Shown here: in pieces, positions 12,100-23,989 of the stretch
Layout of the letters: each line of letters starts with the position of its first letter
How positions within the stretch are numbered: position 1 is the first letter of the stretch
Source: Chiloscyllium plagiosum
Taxonomy: Eukaryota
Length of the DNA: 35,245 nucleotides
Assembly: GCF_004010195.1 (NCBI RefSeq)
Contig: NC_057718.1
Location: forward strand, 35,794,235 to 35,829,479
Direction: 5' to 3'
Translations under genes and position numbers: made by a program
The notes under the pieces: model-generated
What the model saw: the letters and a program-made list of their open reading frames with translations, nothing else
What the model was told of the DNA's origin: nothing
Database searches by the model: none

Positions 12100-12238
12100 G
12101 TAAAAACAATGATTGCAGATGCTGGAAACCAGATTCTGGATTAGAGTGGTGCTGGAAAAGCACAGCAGTTCAGGCAGCATCCGAGGAGCAGGAAAATCGA
12201 CGTTTCGGGCAAAAGCCCTTCATCAGGACCACTCTAAT
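12100..12238 (-). mobile_element. Non-autonomous PLE-derived mini-element with 17-bp TSD and hammerhead core
   Basis: TSD CCATGAGATATTCT(G/A)TG at 12083-12099 and 12239-12255. GGATTAGAGTGGT (12138-12150) is inverted relative to ACCACTCTAATCC (12228-12240). Confidence 0.82.
12195..12230 (-). ncRNA. Minimal hammerhead ribozyme motif (GUC triplet), on the MTA3 sense strand
   Basis: Minus strand GGUC-CUGAUGA-A-GGGC-UUUU-GCCC-GAAAC-GUC-GAUU. Confidence 0.65.
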
Positions 12239-12459
12239 CCATGAGATATTCTATGAAACACTATGAAAGCAGACTTGAAGGGAAGAGAGGGAGAGGATTT
12301 GAGGGAAGATGACCATTAAATAATATGGCACCCTGTAAGGAAGTTGAGTAATCAACAGTTTAAAAAAAAATTAAAAAGATTATTCACATGCAAACAACAA
12401 AATTGAAAGATCAGAGAAGAATTCTGAAAAAACTTTGGGAATACATGTACTGTGAAAAA

Positions 12460-12613
12460 GTTGAATTTTATCAACCACTTTTGGTTGATAAAAATCAACC
12501 AAGCATACATGTAAACTCCTCAAGATCATTACTATAAAAGTCAACATCATGACTTTTATCAACCATAATGATGTTGACTTTTACAGTAATGATTCTGAGG
12601 AGTTTACATGTAT
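12460..12613. repeat. Two adjacent near-perfect palindromes (18-bp and 46-bp stems)
   Basis: Arms 12460-12477 and 12482-12499 match at 17/18. Arms 12505-12550 and 12568-12613 match at 43/46. Confidence 0.9.
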
Positions 12614-12765
12614 AAGTTTACATATATAATATTACAAAGCACATACATTTCATGGAATGCAAATACATGCCACAACAAATTATCTGCTAAACTTAACATT
12701 GAAACCCTTCTAAACTATTCTAAATCACTATCTGAATCATCAAATAATACAGCCAATAGAATGAC

Positions 12766-13084
12766 TAGATCCCCTACAGTGTAGAAACCGGCCATTTGGC
12801 GCAGCAAGTCCACTCCGACCCTCCAAAGAGTAACTCACCCAGACCCATTTCCCTACACTTACCCCTGACTAATGCACTATCACTATGGGCAATTTAGCAT
12901 CGCCAATTCACCTGACCTGCACATCTTTGGCTGTGGAAGGAACCTGGAGCACCCGGAGGAAACCCATGCAAACACGGGGAGAATGTGCAAACTCCACACA
13001 GATAGTTGCCCGAGGCAGAAATCAAACCTGGGCCCCTGATGCTGTGAGGCAGCAGTGCTAACCACTGAGTCACCATGTTTCCCC
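12766..13084 (-). mobile_element. HE1-type tRNA-derived V-SINE
   Basis: tRNA-like head GGTGACTCAGTGGTTAGCACTGCTGCCTCACAGC, V-domain TGTGTGGAGTTTGCACATTCTCCCCGTG, and a HER1-like tail. Confidence 0.9.
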
Positions 13085-13832
13085 ATCATCTCACAGATCT
13101 TCCTCAGTTTTATTTATTCTGCAATTGTTCTTGGTACTGTCAAGTGCATGCCATATTCCATATGTTACAATTTATTTTTCCCTAATATCAGGATCAAGTT
13201 CATTTCATAGATCTATAATCCAGTCGCACAATTCTGCTAGTGAGGGTGCTTGCCTATTTCTACATTTATCGAACACTTTCAAACATCCAATTGTTTCATA
13301 TCTTTGAGAAACTGTCCTCGAGAGGGCGATTAATAAACAACATTCTCAAGATCACTGGGTATAACTGCCATGTTGGTGTTGGTTGTTCTCACATCATAGA
13401 CTATATTGTTAACATGGCGTGATCTGAACATGAACTGGATGAGCAAACCTCTCACTTCCTTAAGTCCTTTTAGTCTCAAAATCCACATTTTGATCCATTT
13501 CTTGAACTAGCCATCATCAATCCTGCATCTCTCATAAGCATGGATGACAATGCCAGTCTGAACTTACTCTTTAGTGAAGATTTGCATATAAGTATGGCTG
13601 TTGGTTTTAATTTTATGCTAAGGGTCACACAAGATGAAAAAAACATCAATTGTGCATTTTTGTTGCTTTACAAGGATGTTTTCTTTAACCAATTTTGATT
13701 GGGGTCTTGTTTATTGGAATGTCAAAGTTCCTGGATGTTTTATCCATATTTCACTGCAGACTAATCAATACATTTCTTCTCTATCGGATGAGAATGCATG
13801 GAATTTGATGACTTTATTGTTGAGTTCATAGG

Positions 13833-14120
13833 ACAGAATCATAGAATCACAGAATCACAGAATCCTACCATACCGAAGGCCATTCGGCCCATCCAGTCCA
13901 CACTGAAGAACATCCCACTCTGATCCACCCCTCCAACCCTATCCTTGTAGTCTGCATATCCCATGGCCAATCCACCTAATCTGCACATCCTTTGACAGTG
14001 GGAGGAAATCGGAGCACCCACAGGAAGCCCACGCAGACAAGGGGAGAATATGCAAACTCCACACAGATAATCACCTGAGTCCCGGCGCTGTGAGGCAGCG
14101 GTGTTAACCACTGAGACAAC
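13833..14120 (-). mobile_element. HE1-type SINE, internally deleted, with an (ATTCTGTG)n-like tail
   Basis: Same head and V-domain motifs; tandem CAGAATCA tail at 13833-13865. Confidence 0.85.
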
Positions 14121-14156
14121 ACTGAAGGCGCTACAGGAATAAAAGCTGTTTTATTA

Positions 14157-14469
14157 AGATTAGATTAGATTCTGTACATTGTGGAAACAGGCCCTTCGGC
14201 CCAACCAGTCCACACTGACCCTCCGAAGAGTAACCCATCCAGACCCATTTCCCTCTGACTAAAGCACCTGACACTATGGACAATTTAGAATGGCCAATTC
14301 ACCTGACCCGCACGTCTTTGTGACTGTGGGAGGAAACTGGAATACCTGGAGGAAACCCACACAGACAATGTGCAAACTCCACACAGACAGTTGCCTGAGG
14401 CTGGAATCGAACCTAGGACCCTGGTGCTGTGAGGCAGCAGCACTACCCACTGAGCCACCGTGCCGCCCC
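14157..14469 (-). mobile_element. HE1-type SINE
   Basis: GGGGCGGCACGGTGGCTCAGTGGGTAGTGCTGCTGCCTCACAGC head and (AATCT)n tail. Confidence 0.9.
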
Positions 14470-15649
14470 TTTGTCTTATAATTTAGTATAGAAAACTATC
14501 CCATGATCTCAGGAAATTAAAAATGATCAGACATTAAACTGTTGTGAGCATTAGGATGGGTGATCAAAAGCATGATTAAAAAACAAGTTTCAGGAAGATT
14601 ACAAAGTAGAATCAAGGTTTTACATGAACCAACATCATAGAAAACAATTCTACAGCAATCAAACCGAAGGCCTTACAAAACCTCTTCAAATCACATTTAG
14701 TTCAGAATTTAGTTTCAGTTACTAAGCCACAGGCAGATAACCCTATATTTAACTTAGATGAAATCTCAGATTATCCTTATAACTGCTGTGGAAAAATGAG
14801 AAGCTTAAATTTTACAGCTCAGAAATAAATTAATTTGGACGTAGGGGCAGGGAGACTAAATATAGATGGGGTAAACCCAGATTATTACTTCAAAAAGAAA
14901 TGAAGTTTGAACCAGAGGACACAAACGAAAATTATGAATAATACCAAACAGACAATTATAATCCCAAACATCAGTCCTAATCTTACGTTTCATATCAGTT
15001 CTAAAGTAATTTCAACACTCCCCAGGAAAGGAACTGGTGTAAAAGTTGTGCAGGAGACATCATTCATTACATTCATTAAGTTATCTGGAAAAGTTGATTT
15101 AGTTTGTCCATGATAGTGAAACTTAAAAAAATCCTAAAATTATATACAAGTCTTGACATTTTCAAATCTGCAAAATTTCTCTAACCATTATCCCCTTCAA
15201 TTTTATTTGGACAGAAACATGTCACAGAATGAGTTGGACAATAAGCATGAACTGGACAAATGAAAGATTGAAATAAACTAGGTTAACCGCGAGGGTCAGA
15301 CATAATTGTCCAACTTCATACATTTGCCTTTCACATGAAAAACATTTCATGCACCGTACCTACATTCAAGAAAAGCAAATTCTGAGACACTTATAAAGCA
15401 AGTAACGTTTACATGTTTCTGAATTACTCTTCTTATGCCAGCAGCACAAGGCCTCACTGAAAAGTTGCTATCAGAACGAGTCTGTCAAATAGCACAGAGC
15501 TGTGTTATCCATTATCTGAGTTATAATTTGAGGTCATTTGAATTGTAAAGACGTCACTGTTCAAGAAAATCATGTGCTAATCTAAATGCAGCAGAAATTG
15601 CATTACTGCAATTATATAAAATATTTTTTATGCACCAGCACCTGTTGAC

Positions 15650-16680
15650 ATCAATATCACATTCCACCAACAGTATGGCTTCAAGGAGCCCTGGATAAAC
15701 TTGAATTAATGGGTATCGGGGGCAAACTCTCCACTGTTGGAGTCATACCTGGCACATAGGAAGATAGTTGTGGTTGTTGGAGGTTAGTCATTGAAGCTCC
15801 AGGATATCTCTTTCAGAGTTCCTTAGAGTACTGTACTAGGCCCCACCATCGTTAGTTAATCCATCAATGACCTGCCTTCCAACATAAGATCATAAGTGGG
15901 TATGTTCACCATAGACTGCACAATATTCAGCACGTTCATGACTCAAGATACTGAAGCAGCCAATATTCAAATACAATAGGACCTGGACAGTATCCAGGCT
16001 TGAGTTGAAAAGTGGCAAGTAATATTTGCACCACACAAATGGCAGGCAATGATCACCTCCAATAAGAGACGATTTAACCACCACTCTTTGACATTCAACA
16101 GTATTATCATCGCTGAACCCCCACAATCAACATCATGGGGGTTTTCATTGATCAGAAATTCAACTGGACTCGCCATATAAATACAACAGCTGCAAGAGCA
16201 GGTCAGAAGTTAAGAATACTGCAGAAAAATCTCACCTCCTGACACTCCATAGCCTGTCCACCATATTCAAAGGCACAAGTCAAGAGTGTGAAGGAATATT
16301 CGCCACTTGCTTGCATAGGTACAGCTCTAACAACACTCAAGCTTGACTTCATCCAGGTCAAAGCTGACCACTTGATTGATACCACATCCACCCACACACT
16401 ACTGCTACTAAGGTATTATGTACAAGATGCATTGCAGAATTTCACCAGAGATCCTAAGACAGCATCTTCAAAAGCCATGACTGCTTCCACCTACAGCAGC
16501 AGATACATGGGAACGCCATGTATCTGCAAGTGCTCCTCCAAGACACCCACCATCCTGACTTGGAAATATATTGCTGTTCCTTCACTGTCACTTGGTAAAA
16601 ATCCTGCAATTCCCTCTCTAAGGGAATTGGGGGTCAACCTACAGCATGCAGACGACAGTGGTTGAAGAAGGCAGATTCCT
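15650..16680 (+). mobile_element. Decayed CR1/L2-group LINE (RT to 3' end)
   Basis: Remnants of VW.QGAL.KLE.MGI.G, LESYLAHRK.VVVVGG, VP..TVLGPTI...INDLP, IQA.VEKWQV.FAPHK and AQVKSV.EYSPLA. Confidence 0.8.
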
Positions 16681-17325
16681 TCAGGACTCCCAGCCTGTGA
16701 CCTGCTGTTATAGCCACTGCATTCATATAAGTTCAGTTTCTGGCAACTTTCAGAATATTGATAGTTGGTCTTCAGTGACGGTAATGCCTTTGAAAGACAT
16801 TAGATAATGGTTAAATTCTCTCTTTTTGGAGATGATCGGTGCTTGGCATTTGTTGGCAAGAATGTTACTTGCCACTTTTCAGCACAAGCCTGAATATTGT
16901 GCAGGCTTGCTGCATTTGGACATGGACTGCTTCAGTATCTGAGAAATCGCAAATGGTGCTGAACATTGTGCTCAGCTGGCTTGACTGGCTCATTTCTAAC
17001 ACAGAATAATGCCAACAGCATGAGTTCAATTTGCACACTGGCTGAGATTACAATGAAGGACCCTCCCTCTCAACCTTTTTCCTGCAACCCCTGTGGCATT
17101 GTGACCTTCATATTAAGTCACTATCAGTCATCTCTCTCTAATGACAGAGAAGCCCTAAGGTCTGGTAGGACAGTGGCAAATTTACCTTTACACCCACTTC
17201 TGAGCTCATAATGGTAGCAAGGTTGAAGCAGTAACTGAAGGTGGTTGAGCTGAGGACACTACCCTGAGGAATTCTATCACTCACAGAGCACTGCAGAATA
17301 ATTTGATGAAAAGCTTTAGGCAGGA
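16681..17325 (-). mobile_element. Antisense fragments of the same LINE family, interrupted by a SINE at ~16970-17192
   Basis: Reverse complement of 16800-16965 parallels 15925-16080; ORF 17138-17365 contains IPQGSVLSSTTFS. Confidence 0.65.
16970..17192 (+). mobile_element. tRNA-derived SINE (non-HE1 family)
   Basis: GCTCAGCTGG (A-box-like), GAGTTCAATT (B-box-like), ending CTCTCTCTAATGACAGAGAAGCCCTA...AATTTACCTTTAC. Confidence 0.55.
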
Positions 17326-17682
17326 GAAGAAAGTGAAGTGTGAAATTGTGGCAAATTTTATACATTCACTGACAATTAAAAGATACAGCAGAAATCAACA
17401 AGGACACTGGGTTGGGCAAATCTAATCATGCTGTTTAATAAATGCAAATGCACAGACATGCCAAAGGTGGCATCAAAGCTTTACCATTTTGTTTTCTTTG
17501 GCTTAGTATTTCTTCGGCAATAAATGCTTAATTTTGTGTCTCCATGTAATATTCAGAGTTGCAAACTTAAATAGGAGAAACAGTATGCAAAAAATCCATA
17601 CAGATTTTCAGCACTGATAAAACATTGAGTATAGTAGCAAAGCCACAAGTTCCTGCATAATAATTGAGAACCGACTTAAAAT

Positions 17683-17910
17683 TTAATAAAAACCGAAAGA
17701 AGTGTGGATGCTGTCACAGTCACAAACAAAAACAGAAATTACTGGAGAAGCTCGGCAGGTCTGGCAGCACCTGTAAAGAGAAATCAGATTTAAACTAAAA
17801 CTGGTTCTGAGGAATGGTCACCAAACCCAAAACATTAACTCTGATTTCCCTTCACAGATGTTGCCAAACTTGCTGAGCTTTTCCAACAATTTCTGTTTTT
17901 ATTCCTGGTT
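17683..17910. mobile_element. Foldback PLE-derived mini-element with decayed hammerhead core
   Basis: AAAAACAGAAATT...GAAATCAGATTTAA (17727-17793) is inverted relative to TTAACTCTGATTTC...AATTTCTGTTTTT (17835-17900). The centre has CTGAGGAATGGTCACCAAACCCAAAAC. Confidence 0.7.
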
Positions 17911-18384
17911 TAAAATTTATCGGTTTTCATAAAAAAGCTCGAATCATCATCCTACAAGCAGATAACAAATTTTTCAAAAATTTTCAAGAAACCGAAAGAC
18001 TTGTGCAAGCAAACATCCCCAACTTTCCCCCTTCTAACATACTTAAGCAGCTCTACTGATCTTGCACTTTTAGACAAATGGAATTTGTACAGCGAGTCAA
18101 ATTGGAAAGGGAAGTCCCCAATATTCTCACAAGCCTGACTACATACTTATGCGCAAGCAACAGAATGTGGAACCTTTCTGTTGTCAAATGGACAGTGTAT
18201 GCAGGATAAAAAAGTTGGAAGGCAGTCACACTACTTTGATTACAGACTTCCACAGCTTAAATTTTCATTTGATCTTTACTTTATCCTGTCAATTTAATGA
18301 AGAGGTTTCCCATATTGTATCTTTAACTGCAATGTAAGTTCAGAAGAAACATTCAATGGCAATTTATCCTTAGAATGAATTCTT

Positions 18385-20320
18385 AGAAGAGTATAAAGGA
18401 AGTAGGAGTATACTTAAGAGGGAAATCAGGAGGGCAAAAACGGGACATGAGATAGCTTTGGCAAACAGAATTAAGGAGAATCCAAAGGGTTTTAACAAAT
18501 ATGTTAAGGACAAAAGCATAAATAGGGCCCCTCAAAGATCAGCAAGGCGGCCTTTGTGTGGAGCCGCAGAAAATGGGGGAGATACTAAACAAGTATTTTG
18601 CATCAGTATTTACTGTGGAAAAGGATATGGAAGGTATAGACTGTAGGGAAATAGATGGTGACACCTTGCAAAATGTCCAAATTACAGAGGAGGAAGTGCT
18701 GGATATCTTGAAATGCATAAAGGTGGAAAAATCCCCAGGACCTGATCAGGTGTACCCTAGAATTCTATGGGAAGCTAGAGAAGTGATTGCTGGGCCTCTT
18801 GCTGAGATACTTGTATCATCGAGTCACAGATGAGGTGCCAAAAGACTGGAGGTTGGCTAACGTGGTGTCACTGTTTAAAAAGGGTGGTAAGGACAAGCCA
18901 GGGAACTAAATACCAGTGAGCCTGACGTCGATGGTGGGCAAGTTGTTGGAGGGAATCCTGAGGAACAGGATGGGCATGTATTTGGAAAGGCATGGACTGA
19001 TTAGGGATAGTCAACATGGATTGTGGGTGGGAAATCATGTCTCACAAACTTGATTGAGTTTTTTGAGGAAGTAATAAAGAGGATTAATGAGGGCAGAGCG
19101 ATAGATGTGATCTATATGGATTTCAGTCAGGCGTTCAACAAGGTTCCCCATGGGAGACTGATTAGCAAGGTTATCAACAAGGTTCCCCATGGGAGACTGA
19201 TTAGCAAGGTTAGATCTCACAGAATATAGGGAGAACTCGCCATTTGGATATAGAACTGGCTCAAAGGTAGAAGCAAGAGGGTGGTGGTGGAAGGTAGTTT
19301 TTCAGACTGGAGGCCTGTGACCAGTGGAGTGCCACAAGAATCGGTGCTGGTTCTCTACTTTTTGTCATTTACATAAATTATTTGGATGTGAGCATAAGAG
19401 GTACAGTTAGTAAGTTTGCAGATGATACCAAAATTGGAGGCGTAGTGGACAGCGAAGAGGGTTACCTCAAATTGCAGTAGGATCTTGACCAGATGGGCCA
19501 ATGGGCTGAGAAATGGCAGATGGAGTTTAATTCAGATAAATGCGAGGTGCTGCATTTTGAGAAAGCAAATCTTAGCAGGACGTATACACTTAATGGTAAG
19601 GTCCTAGTATGTGTTGCTGAACAAAGAGACCTCGGAATGCAGGTTCATAGCTCCTTGAAAGTGGAGTCGCAGGAAGATAGGATACTGAAGAAGGTGTTTG
19701 GTATGTTTTTGTTTATTGTCAGTGCATTGAGTACAGGAGTTGGGAGGTCATGTTGCGGCTGTACAGGACATTGGTTAGGCCACTGTTGGAATAAAACGTG
19801 CAATGCTGGTCTCCTTCCTATCAGAAAGATGTTGTGAAACATGAAAGGATTCAGAAAAGATTTACAAGGATGTTGCCAGGGTTGGAGGATTTGAACTATA
19901 GGGAGAGGCTGAACAGGCTGGGGCTGCTTTCCCTGGAGCGTCGGAGGCTGAGGGGTGACCTTATAGAGGTTTACAAAATTATTAGGGGCATGGATAGGGT
20001 AAATAGATAAAGTCTTTTCCCCGGGGGTTGTGGAGTCCAGAACTAGAGGGCATAGGTTTAGGATGAGAGGGGAAAGATATAAAAGAGACCTAAGGGGCAA
20101 CTTTTTCACACAAAGGGTGGTACGGGCATGGAATGAGCTGCCAGAGGAAGTGGTGGAGGCTGGTACAATTGCAACATTTAAAAGACATTTGGATGGGTAT
20201 ATGAGGGATATGGGCTGGATGCTGGCAGGTGGGACTAGATTGGGTTGGGATATCTGATCAGCATGGACGGGTTGGAACGAAGGGTCTGTTTCCATGCTGT
20301 ACATCTGTATGACTCTATCT
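18385..20320 (+). mobile_element. 5'-truncated CR1/HER1 LINE ORF2 (RT) with 3' tail
   Basis: ORFs contain KSPGPDQVYPRILWEARE, SCLTNLIEFFEEV, DVIYMDFSQAFNKVPH, WAEKWQMEFN and RGDLIEVYKI. Tail ATCTGTATGACTCTAT. Multiple stops. Confidence 0.95.
19135..19212 (+). repeat. Perfect 39-bp tandem duplication inside CR1
   Basis: TCAACAAGGTTCCCCATGGGAGACTGATTAGCAAGGTTA x2. Confidence 0.95.
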
Positions 20321-20489
20321 CATCAGAAATAGCAGGTTCAACATCTGCACGATTTAAATGCATATGGCAGTATTTAGAACTGCGTTATGAAGAAGTGCAT
20401 TACACAAAAGTGTGGACTTTTTCGATTTCACATATAATTCACAGAATTACCAGCTCTGACAACTGCCAAAGACAAAAGGACAATTAATA

Positions 20490-20610
20490 ATAAAAAAACT
20501 ACTAAATGGGCATGTCAACATCTAGAGAGAAAAGCAGCAGTTAACCTTCTCAGGTCAATGACCTTTCAACAGAACTCAGAAAATTAGCGATATAATAGGT
20601 TTAAAACAAT
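20490..20610 (-). mobile_element. Decayed PLE terminal fragment
   Basis: Reverse complement GTTCTGTTGAAAGGTCATTGACCTGAGAAGGTTAAC is a degenerate hammerhead-type segment. Confidence 0.45.
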
Positions 20611-21172
20611 GGTGAACCCTTGCAAGTTGTAACTTTTGTTTGAGTATTACTTCAGAGTTGACATGATTCCTATGTAAAGGAGGTCAAGAAACATCACAGT
20701 AGACACATAGGTATACTAATTACACTAAAATTCTCAATTAAAGAATTGATGGATAAAGTATTTATTAAGAAAGGGTAATCAACATGGATTTGAGGAAAGG
20801 GGATTGAAACAAGTAACAAATTGGCAAGAAAAATATCTAGTGAAGTTCTCATATGCATTATTAACAAAGACATGTGCGAGTATAATATGGCAATTGCCAA
20901 GCTAAATTTTCTGTTTACATCCGCAAAAGGAGTTTCACTCCACAGGATCATGTCTACTCAGAAATGGGGTTAAGATATGCAGTGAGAAAGCAACTTGAAA
21001 AAGTTACAGTTAAAAGACAAGTTGAGAGGTCAGTTAAGTCCCATCTAGATTCAGATGGATTATGCCATCAGATAGTTTAAAAAACAAGACGAGCTAACAT
21101 CGACATCATCATCAAATGCAATTCATATCTTTAAAAATAAAGCAATCCTATAAACCTTTAACTAATAACCTT

Positions 21173-21497
21173 GGACGGCACGGTGGCACAGTGGTTAGCA
21201 CTGCTGCCTCCCAGCGCCAGAGACCCGGGTTCAATTCCCAACTCAGGGGACTGACTGTGTGGAGTTTGCACGTTCTCCCCGTGCCTGTGTGGGTTTCCTC
21301 CGGGTGCTCCAGTTTCCTCTCACAGTCCAAAGATGTGCAGGTCAGGTGAAGAGGCCATGCTAAATTGCCCGTAGTGTTAGGTAAGGGGTAAATGTAGGGG
21401 TATGGGTGGGTTGCGCTTCGGCGGGTCGGTGTGGACTTGTTGGGCCGAAGGGCCTGTTTCCACACTGTAACGTAATGTAAACGTAAATGTAATGTAA
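21173..21497 (+). mobile_element. Full-length HE1-type SINE
   Basis: GGCACGGTGGCACAGTGGTTAGCACTGCTGCCTC...GGGTTCAATTCCC (Pol III A/B boxes), V-domain, GGGCCGAAGGGCCTGTTTCCACACTG and a (TAATG)n-like tail. Confidence 0.93.
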
Positions 21498-21622
21498 TTA
21501 CTTAATAGCTGCAGTAAGGAAACATTCTAAAGACAAGTATGCAACAGATTCAACAGATTTCAAAAAGCCTTAGTGAATTAGTGAAAGACCTAACAAATAA
21601 TAGGCCAGAGCAATGCCAAAGA

Positions 21623-22374
21623 TCTGTTCGCCGAGCTGGGAATTTGTGTTGCAGACGTTTTGTCCCCTGTCTAGGTGACATCCTCAGTGCTTGGCAGCCT
21701 CCTGTGAAGCGCTTCTGTGATCTTTCCTCTGGCATTTTTAGTGATTTGTACCTGCCGCTTCCGGTTGTCAGTTCCAGCTGTCCGCTGCAGTGGTCGGTAT
21801 AATGGGTCCAGGTCGATGTGCTTATTGATTGAATCTGTGGATGAGTGCCATGCCTCTAGGAATTCCTTGGCTGTTCTCTGTTTGGCTTGTCCTATAATAG
21901 TAGTGTTGTCCCAGTCAAATTCATGTTGCTTGTCATCTGCTGTGTGGCTACTAAGGATAGTGTCGTTTCGTGGCTAGTTGGTGTTCATTCAACCCTTAGT
22001 AGCCACACACGCAGATGACAAGCAACATGAATTCGACTGGGACAACAGTACGAGTATAGGACAAGTCAAACAGAGTACAGCCAGGGAATTCCTAGAGGCA
22101 TGGCACTCATCCACAGATTCAATCAATAAGCACATCGACCTGGACTCAATATACCGACCACTGCAGCGGACAGCTGGAACTGACAACCGGAAGCAGCAGA
22201 TTCAAACCACTACAAATGGCGGAGGAAAGATCACAGAAGCGCTTCACAGGAGGCTCCCAAGCATTGAGGATGTCACCTAGACAGGGGACAAAACGTCTGC
22301 AACACAAATTCCCAGCTCAGCGAACAGAACCACAACAACGAGCACCCGAGCTACAAATCTTCTAACAAATTTTG
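21623..22374. mobile_element. Penelope-like element in inverted (foldback) arrangement
   Basis: Arm 21623-21956 is the reverse complement of ~21994-22328. The right arm encodes HEFDWDN..IGQ..Q.TAREFLEAWHS..SINKHIDLD (GIY-YIG C-term). Flanks AATGCCAA(A/G)GA at 21612 and 22375. Confidence 0.9.
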
Positions 22375-23049
22375 AATGCCAAGGAAACTCACTTGTTGAG
22401 TATGTCCAAAAAATGAGATTAATAGATTTTTACATATTAAGAACATCAACGGATACAGGGTTAGTGAAGGAAATCAGTGTTGAAGTAGTAGATCATCCAT
22501 GGTTTCACAAAATGGCAGATAAGGCTTAACAGGGCTGAAGAGCTGCCTCGTACTCCCACTGCTTTTGTTCATATATAAACCAACACACACACATATTTCA
22601 GAAGGCCTTCAAATAAGGTGGGATATTAAAAAAACACAATACATACGGAAATGTGGAGCCAGAGGCTAGTTTGAGAATGAGTTGAAATATGATGGTAAAT
22701 GGATAATGCAGGAGAAATTAACGGACCTCACTCATTCTAGTAGAAAACGGACGGCAAAGCCAGTAAGAATTGTTCTGAAGCCACTGCTGTTCACATACAA
22801 CATTCATTTCAGAACTGCAGGACTATAATTGCTGTAGCTAATAATGAGAAGACAAGAATTAGATCAAAGTAAAAGGTAAACACAGAAGTTTGCAAATCGA
22901 GCAGATAAATAACAATTTAAGATTGTGAGGCGCTCTAATCTGGAGGAGAAATACCTCGGCCATAATCCTTGAAAGGAAGAAATTAAATATGGACTTGCAG
23001 AAAGAAATGCACTGCTCCCATGGCAACACAATTTGTTGCAGTCATAAAG

Positions 23050-23370
23050 AGTGCAAGCAAAGTGCTGATTTTTAGAAGCATAAAGACAAAGTAAGCAAGC
23101 AATATAAAATTTATACTTCACTTGGATCAAACTTGAATGACTACATGCAGTTCTGCCTTCCACAATACAAAAAGAATCTGAAGTATTAGAGAAAGTGCAA
23201 AAGGATTTAAGAAACTTCTACCAAAATTAAGGTAGTGCAAGTAACAGAAAATGTTCATCAGACTGACCTACTTTTACTCAGAAATGCAACACTAGGAGGA
23301 GACATGGTAGCAGCCTTCAATATTATGAAGAGCGTCAATCAGCTGGGATGTTGAGAAACAATTTCCATTT
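23050..23370 (+). mobile_element. Old CR1 3' fragment
   Basis: Remnants of LY.SL...LE...QF..P.YKK....LEKVQ and RGDM...F.IMK. Confidence 0.55.
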
Positions 23371-23989
23371 TAGTAGGAGTCCAGAATAAGGAGATAGGAG
23401 TCAAGCAAGGTCATGAGGTGATGGAGATCATTGCTGTCAGCATATATGGACAAACTGACATTGTTTTTTTGAATGATGGCTGACAAGCAACAAGTATAAC
23501 AGAAAGGTAATGGTGGAGTGGTGGGAGAGAAACTATTGCAAATTATTCTGTTAGCTAAATTAAAATGCAACTAAATTAGTACATTTACATCCAGTTGGAC
23601 AATAACAAACAGAAGCTATTCAGAAGAGAATTGGATAGTCAATTACATCAAGGAGTGCAAGAGACAGTGAAAGGGTCAAAGAGGGATAGCTTTCCTTTGT
23701 CACTGGCACAAGGTATGAATCTAACATCTGTAATTTTGGTATAACGGCAAAGGCAGAATTCAAACTAGAGGGGTTCAAACAGATTAGTAAGAATGTAGAA
23801 TTCGTTGCTACATAGAGTGAGTAAACAGATAACATTGAAGCAGCAAACTGAAGGACTGCTGCATGCATGGTGGTGGGTTTGAAGATTAGGGAGGGAAGAG
23901 GAAATAAGAGCTAAATACACTTCATGTAGAACATAAACACCAGTATGGATTAAATGATTTGTTTCTCTGCTGATATTGTTTAGAGTTTG

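Noticed and set aside
13833..13865. Short tandem arrays as CRISPR-like or regulatory repeats (also 14157, 21465, 32855)
   Set aside because: No spacers are present; they are the microsatellite-like 3' tails of CR1/HE1 elements.
17800..17840. Functional hammerheads in the 17683, 20490, 24563 and 25904 elements
   Set aside because: Core nucleotides (GAAA or CUGA) and stem II are mutated; kept only as evidence of family membership.
19645..20304. 219-aa minus-strand ORF (and the similar 158-aa ORF at 1821-2297)
   Set aside because: These are antisense shadow frames of the CR1 3' region. They recur in copies of the repeat and show no independent gene signal.
21173..21245. tRNA gene
   Set aside because: The tRNA-like head runs directly into the V-domain and LINE-derived tail, so it is a SINE; the same applies to the other copies.
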